The notes under the pieces: generated by a model
The model's input: only the letters and a program-made list of their open reading frames with translations
Database searches by the model: none
What the model was told of the DNA's origin: nothing
Translations under genes and position numbers: made by a program
Assembly (NCBI GenBank): GCA_963707655.1
Contig: OY970172.1
Span: 224,001-288,000, forward strand
Reading direction: 5' to 3'
Length of the DNA stretch: 64,000 nucleotides
Origin: an uncultured bacterium
GTDB taxonomy: Bacteria > Babelota > Babeliae > Babelales > Vermiphilaceae
Shown: positions 9,224 through 18,028 of the stretch, one piece after another
How positions within the stretch are numbered: the first letter of the stretch is position 1
Layout of the letters: every line of letters starts with the position of its first letter

Positions 9224-9811
9224 ATGAAAAAAGATACTAAAATCCGCTGTTTTGGTAATAAACCAGGTCAAGAATTCTATGCGGAATATCATGACAATGA
9301 ATGGGGTAGGCCCGTTCATGATGATAAGCATTTGTTTGAAATGCTTATTCTTGAAGGTGCCCAAGCAGGGTTGAGCTGGGAAACAATTCTTAAGCGTCGG
9401 CTTGGTTATCGTAAAGCATTTCATAATTTTGATCCCCACAAAGTTGCTAAAATGACGGATGCACAGTTAGAAGCGCTTCGCACTAATACGGACATTATTC
9501 GTAACCGTTTAAAAATTTACGCCGCTCGTCAAAACGCTCAGGTGTTTCTAAAAATACAGCAAGAATTTGGCTCTTTTGATGCGTATCTATGGAAATTTGT
9601 AGACGGTAAACCTATTATCAATCATTGGAAAACCCACCAAGAGATTCCCGCAACAACAGCGGAGAGTGATGCGTTGTCAAAAGATCTAAAAAAGCGGGGC
9701 ATGACTTTTGTAGGATCCATCATTATATACGCCTTTATGCAAGCAGTGGGCCTAGTCAATGATCATCTTACCAATTGTTGGCTGCGTCACGAGGACAAAA
9801 AACTTTTTTAA
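9224..9811 (+). CDS. tag: DNA-3-methyladenine glycosylase I
   Basis: YHDNEWG, LEGAQAGLSW, IIRNRLKI and GLVNDH...C. Confidence 0.92.
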   Translation: MKKDTKIRCFGNKPGQEFYAEYHDNEWGRPVHDDKHLFEMLILEGAQAGLSWETILKRRLGYRKAFHNFDPHKVAKMTDAQLEALRTNTDIIRNRLKIYAARQNAQVFLKIQQEFGSFDAYLWKFVDGKPIINHWKTHQEIPATTAESDALSKDLKKRGMTFVGSIIIYAFMQAVGLVNDHLTNCWLRHEDKKLF

Positions 9812-9890
9812 AGTAAAAAAACTAGATTTTTTTTAGCTCAAGATACGATTAACATGGGGTTTTTTAGAAATCGACTGACAACTGCTTTGG

Positions 9891-10259
9891 CTATAAAACC
9901 GGTTTTAATAAATAGGTTAATGCATAGCACATGCACCCTAAAGATATACACACTATGGTTAAGGTGTGATTAAATTTTTCAGATAAAATTTTTTCATGCG
10001 ATGATTTAATTTTCCATTCAAGAAATCCATATATTGCTGTCGCATCACACCCAACGCCAAACATTCCTATAAAATTGATAACGTCTTGATTAAGTGGATG
10101 ATATGTATTAATTAAAAAAGAGATGATGTAGGCAGAAATTATTATGCAGAATGAGGGAATAAATACAAAGTAATATGATCGCCAACCAGATTTTTTAGCA
10201 TGAATATTTGCCATAATGTCCTTAACTGCTTGAAGTGTATAATAAATATCAAAAATCAA
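9891..10259 (-). CDS. hypothetical membrane protein (possibly 5'-truncated)
   Basis: Three hydrophobic segments. TTG start without a clear RBS. Confidence 0.4.
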   Translation of the reverse strand: MIFDIYYTLQAVKDIMANIHAKKSGWRSYYFVFIPSFCIIISAYIISFLINTYHPLNQDVINFIGMFGVGCDATAIYGFLEWKIKSSHEKILSEKFNHTLTIVCISLGCMCYALTYLLKPVL

Positions 10260-10287
10260 GAAACCATCGCATAAAATTTATAAGCAG

Positions 10288-10314
10288 AAAACCCACCGAT
10301 TGACCGGTGGGTTC
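10288..10314. terminator. intrinsic terminator
   Basis: AACCCACCG-loop-CGGTGGGTT downstream of 10358-10852. Confidence 0.5.
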
Positions 10315-10357
10315 AGTGGCTGCACAGTTCTTTTGCTACGGAGCCTCCGCTCAGCTG

Positions 10358-10852
10358 CTAGTGCTGTATGTATTCTTTGTTTCCCGTGGCTGTGTAATAA
10401 AAGTGGCCGCCACGAGGTCCCAGGTAAATGTTTCTGCCATCATGTGTTTTACCTATAATTTTGGCACCATCAAAATTTTGCACATATTCTCTATGGCCGG
10501 CTGCGTTTTTATAATAGTGGCCTGTGTGGGCACCTTCAAAGACCGGTTTTCCATCAGCTGTTTTGCCGACAATTTCATCTGCGTGTGCTGAATTTTCTTT
10601 TGCAGCATGGTGTGGCTTTTTCGCTTGGTGGACATTAGCCTTACGGTGTTCTGCCGTTGCATGTTCTTTTTTGGCTGCGGCATTTTTATGCTGATGTTTT
10701 GTATCTTTTTCATGAGGTTTGTGTTTTGCTGTTTTGTCTGTCTTGCTCGTTGCATGCTTAGCGTGGTGGTGAGTAGCATCTTTCGTTTCAGCTTTCATTG
10801 ACGCAACAAAAAGCACTATCGAGAGAGAGAGTGCACCTAATAACTTTTTCAT
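10358..10852 (-). CDS. secreted His/Lys-rich protein with two PBCV-basic-adaptor-like repeats
   Basis: Signal peptide. Repeats GKTADGKPVFEGAHTGHYYKNAAGHREYV and GKTHDGRNIYLGPRGGHFYYTATGNKEYI. Confidence 0.65.
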   Translation of the reverse strand: MKKLLGALSLSIVLFVASMKAETKDATHHHAKHATSKTDKTAKHKPHEKDTKHQHKNAAAKKEHATAEHRKANVHQAKKPHHAAKENSAHADEIVGKTADGKPVFEGAHTGHYYKNAAGHREYVQNFDGAKIIGKTHDGRNIYLGPRGGHFYYTATGNKEYIQH

Positions 10853-11083
10853 ACGTGATCCTTTTTTGTGGAATGTTATGAGATATTTAACGTATGGCCC
10901 ATTAAACCAAGTGTACTTATTGTATCAATAGAAAAATCAGAATGTGCAATAGTTTTATGAAATGAGCTATTGGAGCAGCACTGTTCGTGTGGTATTTCTC
11001 CCTAAAAAAAATTATCTTGCTCTGGATTTTTTGGTAAAGCATAATGGTTTATTATTAATCTTTTTTACCGGCAAGTTTCACCC

Positions 11084-12094
11084 ATGATAGAAAAACAATC
11101 TCTTTCAGATCAACGCATTATTGATTGCCTAGATACCGATTATGGCATTAAAGCTACTGCACTGACATTCATTCCTTTAGGTGCAGATATAGATGCATCA
11201 GTATACAAAGCTGAGACGCATGACCGGGCATCTTATTTTGTAAAGCTAAAACGTGGTTATGATCATGATATCGGTGTTATCATACAATCATTGTTATATG
11301 ATGCTGGTATTCAACAGATTATCTCACCTATCAAAACAAATCATGGTCAACCAACTCACTATATCGATAATTTTACGCTCATTGTCTATCCATTTATTAT
11401 CGGACAAGACGGCTTTAGCCGCGATCTCACCAACGATCAATGGATTACACTGGGCAAAGCCTTGAGACAAATTCATGAATTTCAGCTACCGCCATTAATC
11501 AAAGATCAGATTAAACGCGAATCCTATTCTCCACAATGGCAAGAAATTGTCCGATCATTCTATACGTATATCGACGCTGAACACAAGGTGACTGACGATA
11601 TAGCCCTGAAGTTGTTAACGTTTATGAAAGAGCATAGAAGAACAATTCAACGCTTAGTAAATCGCGCTGATCAGCTAGGAAAAAAAATCCAGAAAAAATC
11701 ATCTGAGTTTGTACTGTGCCATTCTGATATTCATGGCGGTAATGTATTAATAGCCAATGATGGGGCCATTTACATAGTAGACTGGGACCAACCTATTCTG
11801 GCCCCCAAAGAGTGGGATCTCATGTTTATTGGTGGTGGCATTGCAAACGTTTGGAATAATCCACATGAAGAAGAATTCTTCTATAAAGGTTACGGAAAAA
11901 CTGAGATCAATGGAGAAATTCTTGCCTATTATCGCTATGAACGAATTGTAGAAGATGTCGCTGTGTATGGTCAGCAGTTGCTTTTAAGCGCAGATGGGGG
12001 CAAGGACAGAGCGGTGATGTATAAGCAGTTCATAGATTTGTTTGCACCTCGGGGTGTGGTGGATATTGCATTTACAACAGATGCGGATTTATAG
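11084..12094 (+). CDS. aminoglycoside phosphotransferase, APH(9)-like (spectinomycin phosphotransferase)
   Basis: GAD...YFVKLK, LCHSDIHGGN and IVDWD..ILAPKE.DLMF. The overall layout recalls Legionella APH(9)-Ia. Confidence 0.8.
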   Translation: MIEKQSLSDQRIIDCLDTDYGIKATALTFIPLGADIDASVYKAETHDRASYFVKLKRGYDHDIGVIIQSLLYDAGIQQIISPIKTNHGQPTHYIDNFTLIVYPFIIGQDGFSRDLTNDQWITLGKALRQIHEFQLPPLIKDQIKRESYSPQWQEIVRSFYTYIDAEHKVTDDIALKLLTFMKEHRRTIQRLVNRADQLGKKIQKKSSEFVLCHSDIHGGNVLIANDGAIYIVDWDQPILAPKEWDLMFIGGGIANVWNNPHEEEFFYKGYGKTEINGEILAYYRYERIVEDVAVYGQQLLLSADGGKDRAVMYKQFIDLFAPRGVVDIAFTTDADL

Positions 12095-12104
12095 CTTAAC
12101 CGAA

Positions 12105-12608
12105 CTATTGTAAAACCCTTACCATGAGATAGTCAGAATCTTCATTAATCTCCATGAATTTGTACGCTACATGGGCCAGGAGCCGCAATGCTTTATTAAC
12201 AAAAACAAACTGATTGTCTGCATATAATTTAATAAGTTTTTTGAGCCTTAACTCACGATCGTAGGAAGGCATCGCAATAAATTTTTCTTCATGTATTTCA
12301 AAAGGGCCGGGTTGGATATATATTTTGGAAGCACCGTGCAGAGCGAGATAATCACAAGCGTGGTTAAGAAGTTGTGTTCCGTATCCCCTGTGTCTGTGTG
12401 TAGGTTCCATATAAAAATTGTACAATACGTAATAAGGAACTAAGGGGATTTTTTTGTAGTACAAAAAGCCTATGGTTTTCATTGCGTCATAACATTCTAT
12501 GCTTAATTCATTTTCGACGAGACCAAAAGAAATTTTTTGGCTACTCTCAATCGAATAAGTCACGGCCAACAAAGTAGAAATTGCTGCTCTCAATAAAACA
12601 TTTCTCAT
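12105..12608 (-). CDS. GNAT family N-acetyltransferase
   Basis: PTHRHRGYGTQLL motif and a signal-like N-terminus. Confidence 0.7.
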   Translation of the reverse strand: MRNVLLRAAISTLLAVTYSIESSQKISFGLVENELSIECYDAMKTIGFLYYKKIPLVPYYVLYNFYMEPTHRHRGYGTQLLNHACDYLALHGASKIYIQPGPFEIHEEKFIAMPSYDRELRLKKLIKLYADNQFVFVNKALRLLAHVAYKFMEINEDSDYLMVRVLQ

Positions 12609-12660
12609 AAATTATTTTTCTTGATTAACATAAAACTAACTGAAACCTACCAAGCAGAGC

Positions 12661-12784
12661 GCTGCGTAGCAGGAGCGAAGACTGACGGCATCACATCCGC
12701 GCGTTCAGTATGAATCAAATAGAATATAGCTTTAGTTTGCAAAACATTCAAACGCTGTTTTCATCAAAATGCACTGCTACATAG
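12661..12784 (+). mobile_element. degenerate attL-like remnant (orphan recombinase C-terminal tail)
   Basis: CTGCGTAGCAGGAGCGAAGACTG is shared with 20925-20947. It is followed by TGA-CGG and the tail RHHIRAFSMNQIEYSFSLQNIQTLFS, homologous to the 20946 tail. Confidence 0.65.
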
Positions 12785-13316
12785 TATTGGGCGAATACAG
12801 TTTAATGAATTTGCCCTCAACGGCAAAGCGCCCGTGGCCCCAATGGTGAAGTGTATGCTGGCGCTTGCGCGAAGTAGTGATCCACGCTGCCACTACTTCA
12901 ACAATAAAAATGTTGTATTTTGAAACCAGCGTTGTATTTACTACTGTGCACTCAAGGTTAGCAAAGCACTCTCTAATCAACGGCGGCTGTACAATGCTTG
13001 CCGGATCTTGGGTCAGTTCAAATTTTTTAAACTTGTCGATTTTCTTGCCTGAACAGTTGCCTACTCCCACGACCTGTTTTGCCAATTTTGCATCAGGAAT
13101 GTTGATGACGCATTGCCCGGTTGCTTTGAACAAGGAAAAAGAATAATCTTCGCTGCCCATCACCATCGCAATGAGCGGCGGCGTAAAATCAACCATCATG
13201 TGCCACGCCATAGTCATAACATTTGGCTTACCATCTTTTTGCGTGGTAACCATAATGACCGGTCCAGGTTCAATGAGCTGATATACTTTGGATAGAGATA
13301 ACTTTTTTTTCTTCAT
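12777..13316 (-). CDS. flavin reductase family protein
   Basis: PGPVIMVTT, NVMTMAW, GNCSG..IDKF and PPLIRECFANLEC. Confidence 0.85.
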   Translation of the reverse strand: MKKKKLSLSKVYQLIEPGPVIMVTTQKDGKPNVMTMAWHMMVDFTPPLIAMVMGSEDYSFSLFKATGQCVINIPDAKLAKQVVGVGNCSGKKIDKFKKFELTQDPASIVQPPLIRECFANLECTVVNTTLVSKYNIFIVEVVAAWITTSRKRQHTLHHWGHGRFAVEGKFIKLYSPNTM

Positions 13317-13349
13317 AATATAAACTCCTTCATCATGCGTTTATTCAAA

Positions 13350-13402
13350 AATGAGTCTAGTGAAGGAGTCTTTATAAAAGCAATCGATTGAACATAAGTA
13401 AA
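13350..13402. repeat. 53-bp direct repeat copy 1 (contains a minus-strand promoter-like TTGCTT...TAGACT)
   Basis: One mismatch to 17048-17100. Confidence 0.85.
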
Positions 13403-13600
13403 CGCGCCTTAAGCATCTTGATCTACACGTTGCAATGCTTGTGCTATCTCGTTAATGCCGGATAAGCCGAGCTTGCAATGGGGTAAGCCAAAAAGCGTTT
13501 AAAGGCTTGAATAATAAAGCTATGCCATACCCATTTGGATTTTTTCATTTAAAAGTGATAATCTAAAGCAATATGGGAATTAAAATTTTTAGAGGTTTAT

Positions 13601-15031
13601 ATGAAATTTATTCATTCAGTTTTATTATTTATTTTTTCACTATCATTTATCTCGACTCATCCTATGGACACTGATGATAATGCTCATTCATTATTAGCCT
13701 TGTCAGCAATTAAATTTAAGCAAAAATTAAAAAATGGCTCATTAAATATCGATGTTCAAGATAAAGATGGTAAAACACTGCTTTTGCATAGTGTTGAACA
13801 ACAAAAAACTCAGCATCTGGAAGCCTTACTCGCTGCAAAAGCAAATCCATGGATTAAAGACAGTAATGGTCGCGACGCTTTTCATATGGCAGCAGAAAAA
13901 GGTTCTTTGGCTATGTTTCGCCGGCTAGCAAAGTATCACGGAGATACCCAAGAGTGGTTCGATATGTTACAAAATCATAATGTGCAATTGAGTAGCAGCT
14001 CAAATCAGGTATCAAATCCACTTGCATATTTACAAAATAATAACAATTATCCTTGTGCCTTTTTTCTTAAAAACTTCCATAAATATAAAAAACCATTGTC
14101 TAGAGCTCTAATGCTTGGCGATATCGGAGCAATAGATGAACAAATCAAATTAGATAAAGAGATTATCGACCGCTCGCTAACAGGCAACGATCCTAAATAT
14201 CGAATTGCGGTGGAAAATGGTGCGAAAAAAATAAAACGAGATACCTATTTAACACCCTTAGGTTTTTCTATCCTATTGCAAGATGCCCAATTGGCATCGC
14301 ATCTTTTAGAGCATGGTGCTCGCGATAGCGGCACTTTTATTACTTATTCCATAGCTGAAGAGCTACCGCTTTCTTTTGCGGAATTATTGGATCAATATAA
14401 TGTTCCCTTTCCCACACCATTACCAAAAGGTATTGAACATATTCGGCAGGCTTTGAACCAAACAATATCTATTGATCAAAGAGACTCTAGAGGAAATACG
14501 GCATTGCATTGGGCTTGTACTGTGGGAAATCCAGATCATATAGCAAAGCTCATCGACAAAGGAGCAAATATTAATGTTGTTGATACTAAAAAACATAGAA
14601 GTGGACTTTCATGGCTTGAGAGAATGCATAAAGGTGCAGTTGAAAAATTTGGTCAGCAAATAACTACCAGCAGATTTTTGCCATGTCTTTTTCTTATGAT
14701 CGGTGCAGGTGCAAATAGTAGGATCAAAGATGAGAAAGGTAAAACGATACATGACTGGTTATCTGAAATTGATAAGGGTGAAACTGAACAAAGATTAATT
14801 AATCGAGTTCTGAGTATGAAGAGTCTTCCCAAGAAAAAACACAAAGATTTCTTAAAAAGGTTATTGGAAGACATTTATGATTTTCAAGTAAAAGACATGA
14901 ACCAATGGCGAGAAAATGATAGTAAATTTGATCTTGCAGATGTGTACGAAATACAAAAAGCTTTAGTCAAAGAACCCGCAGCCGATGGACAATTGCAGTT
15001 CAAAGCTATTTATAAAAAATATATTGAGTAA
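13601..15031 (+). CDS. secreted ankyrin repeat protein
   Basis: DKDGKTLLL, DSNGRDAFHMAA and DSRGNTALHWAC...GANIN, plus a signal peptide. Confidence 0.85.
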   Translation: MKFIHSVLLFIFSLSFISTHPMDTDDNAHSLLALSAIKFKQKLKNGSLNIDVQDKDGKTLLLHSVEQQKTQHLEALLAAKANPWIKDSNGRDAFHMAAEKGSLAMFRRLAKYHGDTQEWFDMLQNHNVQLSSSSNQVSNPLAYLQNNNNYPCAFFLKNFHKYKKPLSRALMLGDIGAIDEQIKLDKEIIDRSLTGNDPKYRIAVENGAKKIKRDTYLTPLGFSILLQDAQLASHLLEHGARDSGTFITYSIAEELPLSFAELLDQYNVPFPTPLPKGIEHIRQALNQTISIDQRDSRGNTALHWACTVGNPDHIAKLIDKGANINVVDTKKHRSGLSWLERMHKGAVEKFGQQITTSRFLPCLFLMIGAGANSRIKDEKGKTIHDWLSEIDKGETEQRLINRVLSMKSLPKKKHKDFLKRLLEDIYDFQVKDMNQWRENDSKFDLADVYEIQKALVKEPAADGQLQFKAIYKKYIE

Positions 15032-15607
15032 TCCTACAGCACATTCTAAGCCATTGAATTTTACTAAACAATGCTAGAATACTTATCAATTAATGAAAAA
15101 GCACGGCTTTTGTAAGGCTGTGTTTTTAAAAAAATTCAATATTATTCGGATTTTTCTAACAATATTTCACACCTATCATCCACAAGTTGATCGATTTGTT
15201 CGCGAGCTTCAGCTGGCTCTCTCATTGCATCAAGAGTCTTTCCTTGGTCACGATTATTACCGCCAAGAGGAACTTCTGCAAACAAAATATGAGTTTTAGG
15301 CTCAAGTAGGGCATTTTATCGTCAATTGTTTGGAGTTTTTGTTTTTTAGTTAACATTTTTTATCCTTAAAATTAAGTATATAGTAAGTATCAATGGCACA
15401 TATCTTAGCCGCAAAATCCAGAATAAAACAAACTTTTTTGCTCTCCATGAATTACATGCTATCGGTTCGTGATCATTGCATAAGAGAATTTCGTGGATCG
15501 TTTTGTACACTATCCGAACAAATGAAAAGGGGCCGCGTTATTCATGCAGCCCCTCGTACTTAATCTTTAATTAAAGAACTTTTTTCTAAAATATTCTTCC
15601 CAACTTT

Positions 15608-15657
15608 TAACTTCGTCTTCATCATAAAAAAATCTTTTTATGATGAAGACGAAGTTA
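15608..15657. repeat. perfect 23-bp inverted repeat with 4-nt loop
   Basis: TAACTTCGTCTTCATCATAAAAA-AATC-TTTTTATGATGAAGACGAAGTTA. Confidence 0.9.
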
Positions 15658-15892
15658 TTTGTGTTAATAATAAAGCTATTAATGTATGTTCAAATTGGGT
15701 CATTTTATCCGTTTAATAATACGAAATTTAATAAAATAGATTGGAATACACGTTAGCATCCCGATCAAATATTGTTGCTACCAATACCACATTGTATATC
15801 CTCTACCACAAATCAATCATACAGGTCTCATTTCTATACGAGCAGTATGATTGATTTGTAATGATGTATTTTTGATTAAAATTGCTGAGATT

Positions 15893-16099
15893 TTAGTTTT
15901 TATCAACCAAATCATATAAAAAAGCTATTATTTTACACACATGCCAAATGATAGCGAGCGTAGCAAAAAAAATTGCTATATCTCCCCGAGGAATTACTCT
16001 GATATGATTAAAGTATTGTTGACAAAAAACAGCTGTAAGCGAGCCTGCCATAACTACAATAAATAACTTCTTATTTAATCGAGGCAAAGCTAGATTCAT
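15893..16099 (-). CDS. small two-TM membrane protein, translationally coupled to the upstream gene
   Basis: ATGA overlap at 16096-16099 and two hydrophobic segments. Confidence 0.55.
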   Translation of the reverse strand: MNLALPRLNKKLFIVVMAGSLTAVFCQQYFNHIRVIPRGDIAIFFATLAIIWHVCKIIAFLYDLVDKN

Positions 16100-16638
16100 G
16101 GAAGTCCCGGTATAAATGATGCAGCAGTTCCTATCATGAGTGAACCCGATTCGATGCCAGCAGCCACAGTTGGAAGCGCTGCTAATGCCCCAGCATACGT
16201 TCCAGCAGCTCCTGCCGGTCCTGCAGCAACAAACGATGCTGCTATGGCACCAATGCTTCCTATCCCGTATGCCGCATAACCCGTATATTTGAGTGTGTTA
16301 TAAACTATGACACCTGTTAATAAAAAACCGCCATTGAGACGCATTTTTGCTTGTAGTTTATAATCCCCATTATCGAATTTGGAGACTTCAATGTATCCAG
16401 CTTTGCTAGCGAGAAATGATCCCAATGCTTTTTTATCAAGTTTTTTCAAAAGAGGATCAACATCATAATTATGCACTTTGTGTCGCGCATTGTTCTTGAG
16501 GACTTCGTACCCGTCATTGGTTCTCATGACTTTTAAAGATCCTAGCTTGGCGGGAACAAAAAGACCTTCTTTTTTAACGACTAGATCCATTGCGGTTAAT
16601 GGTAATGCGCAGAATAGCGCAAGTAATAGTTGTTTCAT
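16096..16638 (-). CDS. secreted precursor with RLNGG motif followed by a Gly/Ala-rich hydrophobic peptide
   Basis: Signal peptide MKQLLL..LTA-MD. Then ...KMRLNGG followed by FLLTGV...AAGPAGAAG...FIPGLP. Confidence 0.7.
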   Translation of the reverse strand: MKQLLLALFCALPLTAMDLVVKKEGLFVPAKLGSLKVMRTNDGYEVLKNNARHKVHNYDVDPLLKKLDKKALGSFLASKAGYIEVSKFDNGDYKLQAKMRLNGGFLLTGVIVYNTLKYTGYAAYGIGSIGAIAASFVAAGPAGAAGTYAGALAALPTVAAGIESGSLMIGTAASFIPGLP

Positions 16639-17047
16639 AATAATATCCACTAAAAAATGATTTATTTTTTATTTCATGCCTCATTACGTGATGCTCTTTT
16701 TTTATAAAAAATAGATTTAGCGAATAAACATAAAATACTCCCTACGATTATTTGGAACTAGATGTTAATAACACTGCTTGCTTCATCACTAACCGTAGTT
16801 TTCCCCTAAAACCGACGTTAAGACTATATCAAAAAATATAAAAAGCAAATCAAAATTTTTACTCCATAAAATCATTTAATTATGCCCATTAGATCGATAA
16901 AATCGCTTCTTGTAGAAAGTGTAAACATAACAACATTTAGCTTCGAAATGTGCGTTTTTTTCCTTTAGAACAAGTACTTTTTTGCTTGCGTAGACATAAT
17001 AAAATTCATCAACAAAAATATATTTTTCCAATAAAATCGGTGGCCGT

Positions 17048-17100
17048 AATGAGTCTAGTGAAGGAATCTTTATAAAAGCAATCGATTGAACATAAGTAAA
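17048..17100. repeat. 53-bp direct repeat copy 2
   Basis: One mismatch to 13350-13402. Confidence 0.85.
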
Positions 17101-17396
17101 AGCGCGTTTCCATCTTGACCGGCATCAAGCGAGAAGATTTAATTCCCGATAAGATCATACACGCGGATTTCCTCAGATAATGCCACTATTATCTTATCGT
17201 CGCCAGTAAAAGAACATTCTTCAGCGTTAGCAAGACCTTCAATTACCGATTTTCCGGATGTGCAATAATTTTATAAAATGAGAGATGGCTCAGTAATCGA
17301 TATAAATAAAAAAAACCACCGTTTTACGGGTGGGTTTGTAATTTCATTAAGGTGTGACAGATATTGAGCACACGGCGACCTTGTGGCGGAATAATC

Positions 17397-17789
17397 CTAG
17401 CTCTGCTGATTGGACTCTGTTGTTTCTGTGCCTTTCCATCCTTCAGCTATCAGTTGACCACCAAGTGTCGCGAATACACCTGATAATAGGATCATAGCCG
17501 GTGCAAAGGCCGTTCCATCATTATAAGTGCCGTTCTTCAGCCATTCACGCAAAATGTCTATTGCAAGTGCGCTGACTGCCCCGGCAACGACAATCAGACC
17601 GGTTCCGGCAAGAACTTCTTCTATATTAATTTTTTTTGTAGAAACTTTATTTTGTGGTTCATGAGGTTTTTCTACTTTTGCAGACACGTCACTTTCAATG
17701 CATTGGGTCTGGAATGAAAATGACCCCATTACTACAATGAAAATAATCACACTAATTTTGTTAAGAATCGTATTCATGATAAGCCTCAT
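17397..17789 (-). CDS. hypothetical membrane protein
   Basis: Signal peptide plus two hydrophobic segments. Confidence 0.55.
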   Translation of the reverse strand: MRLIMNTILNKISVIIFIVVMGSFSFQTQCIESDVSAKVEKPHEPQNKVSTKKINIEEVLAGTGLIVVAGAVSALAIDILREWLKNGTYNDGTAFAPAMILLSGVFATLGGQLIAEGWKGTETTESNQQS

Positions 17790-18028
17790 TTAAGGTTTTT
17801 TAACCGATTAGATTATGATTTACTGATTGTTTTTATAGTAACAGACATTATGAAATAAGTATAAAATAAATCTATTTGAATTATCTTTGCTCTGGTGGGG
17901 GATAGGGCAAATAAGGGTATAACCAAAAAACCCACCAATTGGCCTCAGGAAATTTGTCTTGTTCTTGATAACACGTATACGCCTTTGTTATAACATCAAA
18001 TATGATATTTTTTACCACATAAAGGAGA

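Noticed and set aside
13455..13497. Further copy of the 50-bp palindromic repeat
   Set aside because: Only short words (GGATAAGC, AGCTTGC) match, and in a different order.
15140..15356. Possible frameshifted small gene on the minus strand
   Set aside because: An RBS and ATG are present, but the frames are short and I recognise no homology.
17101..17280. Possible gene fragment on the minus strand
   Set aside because: A short stop-interrupted frame with no identifiable family.
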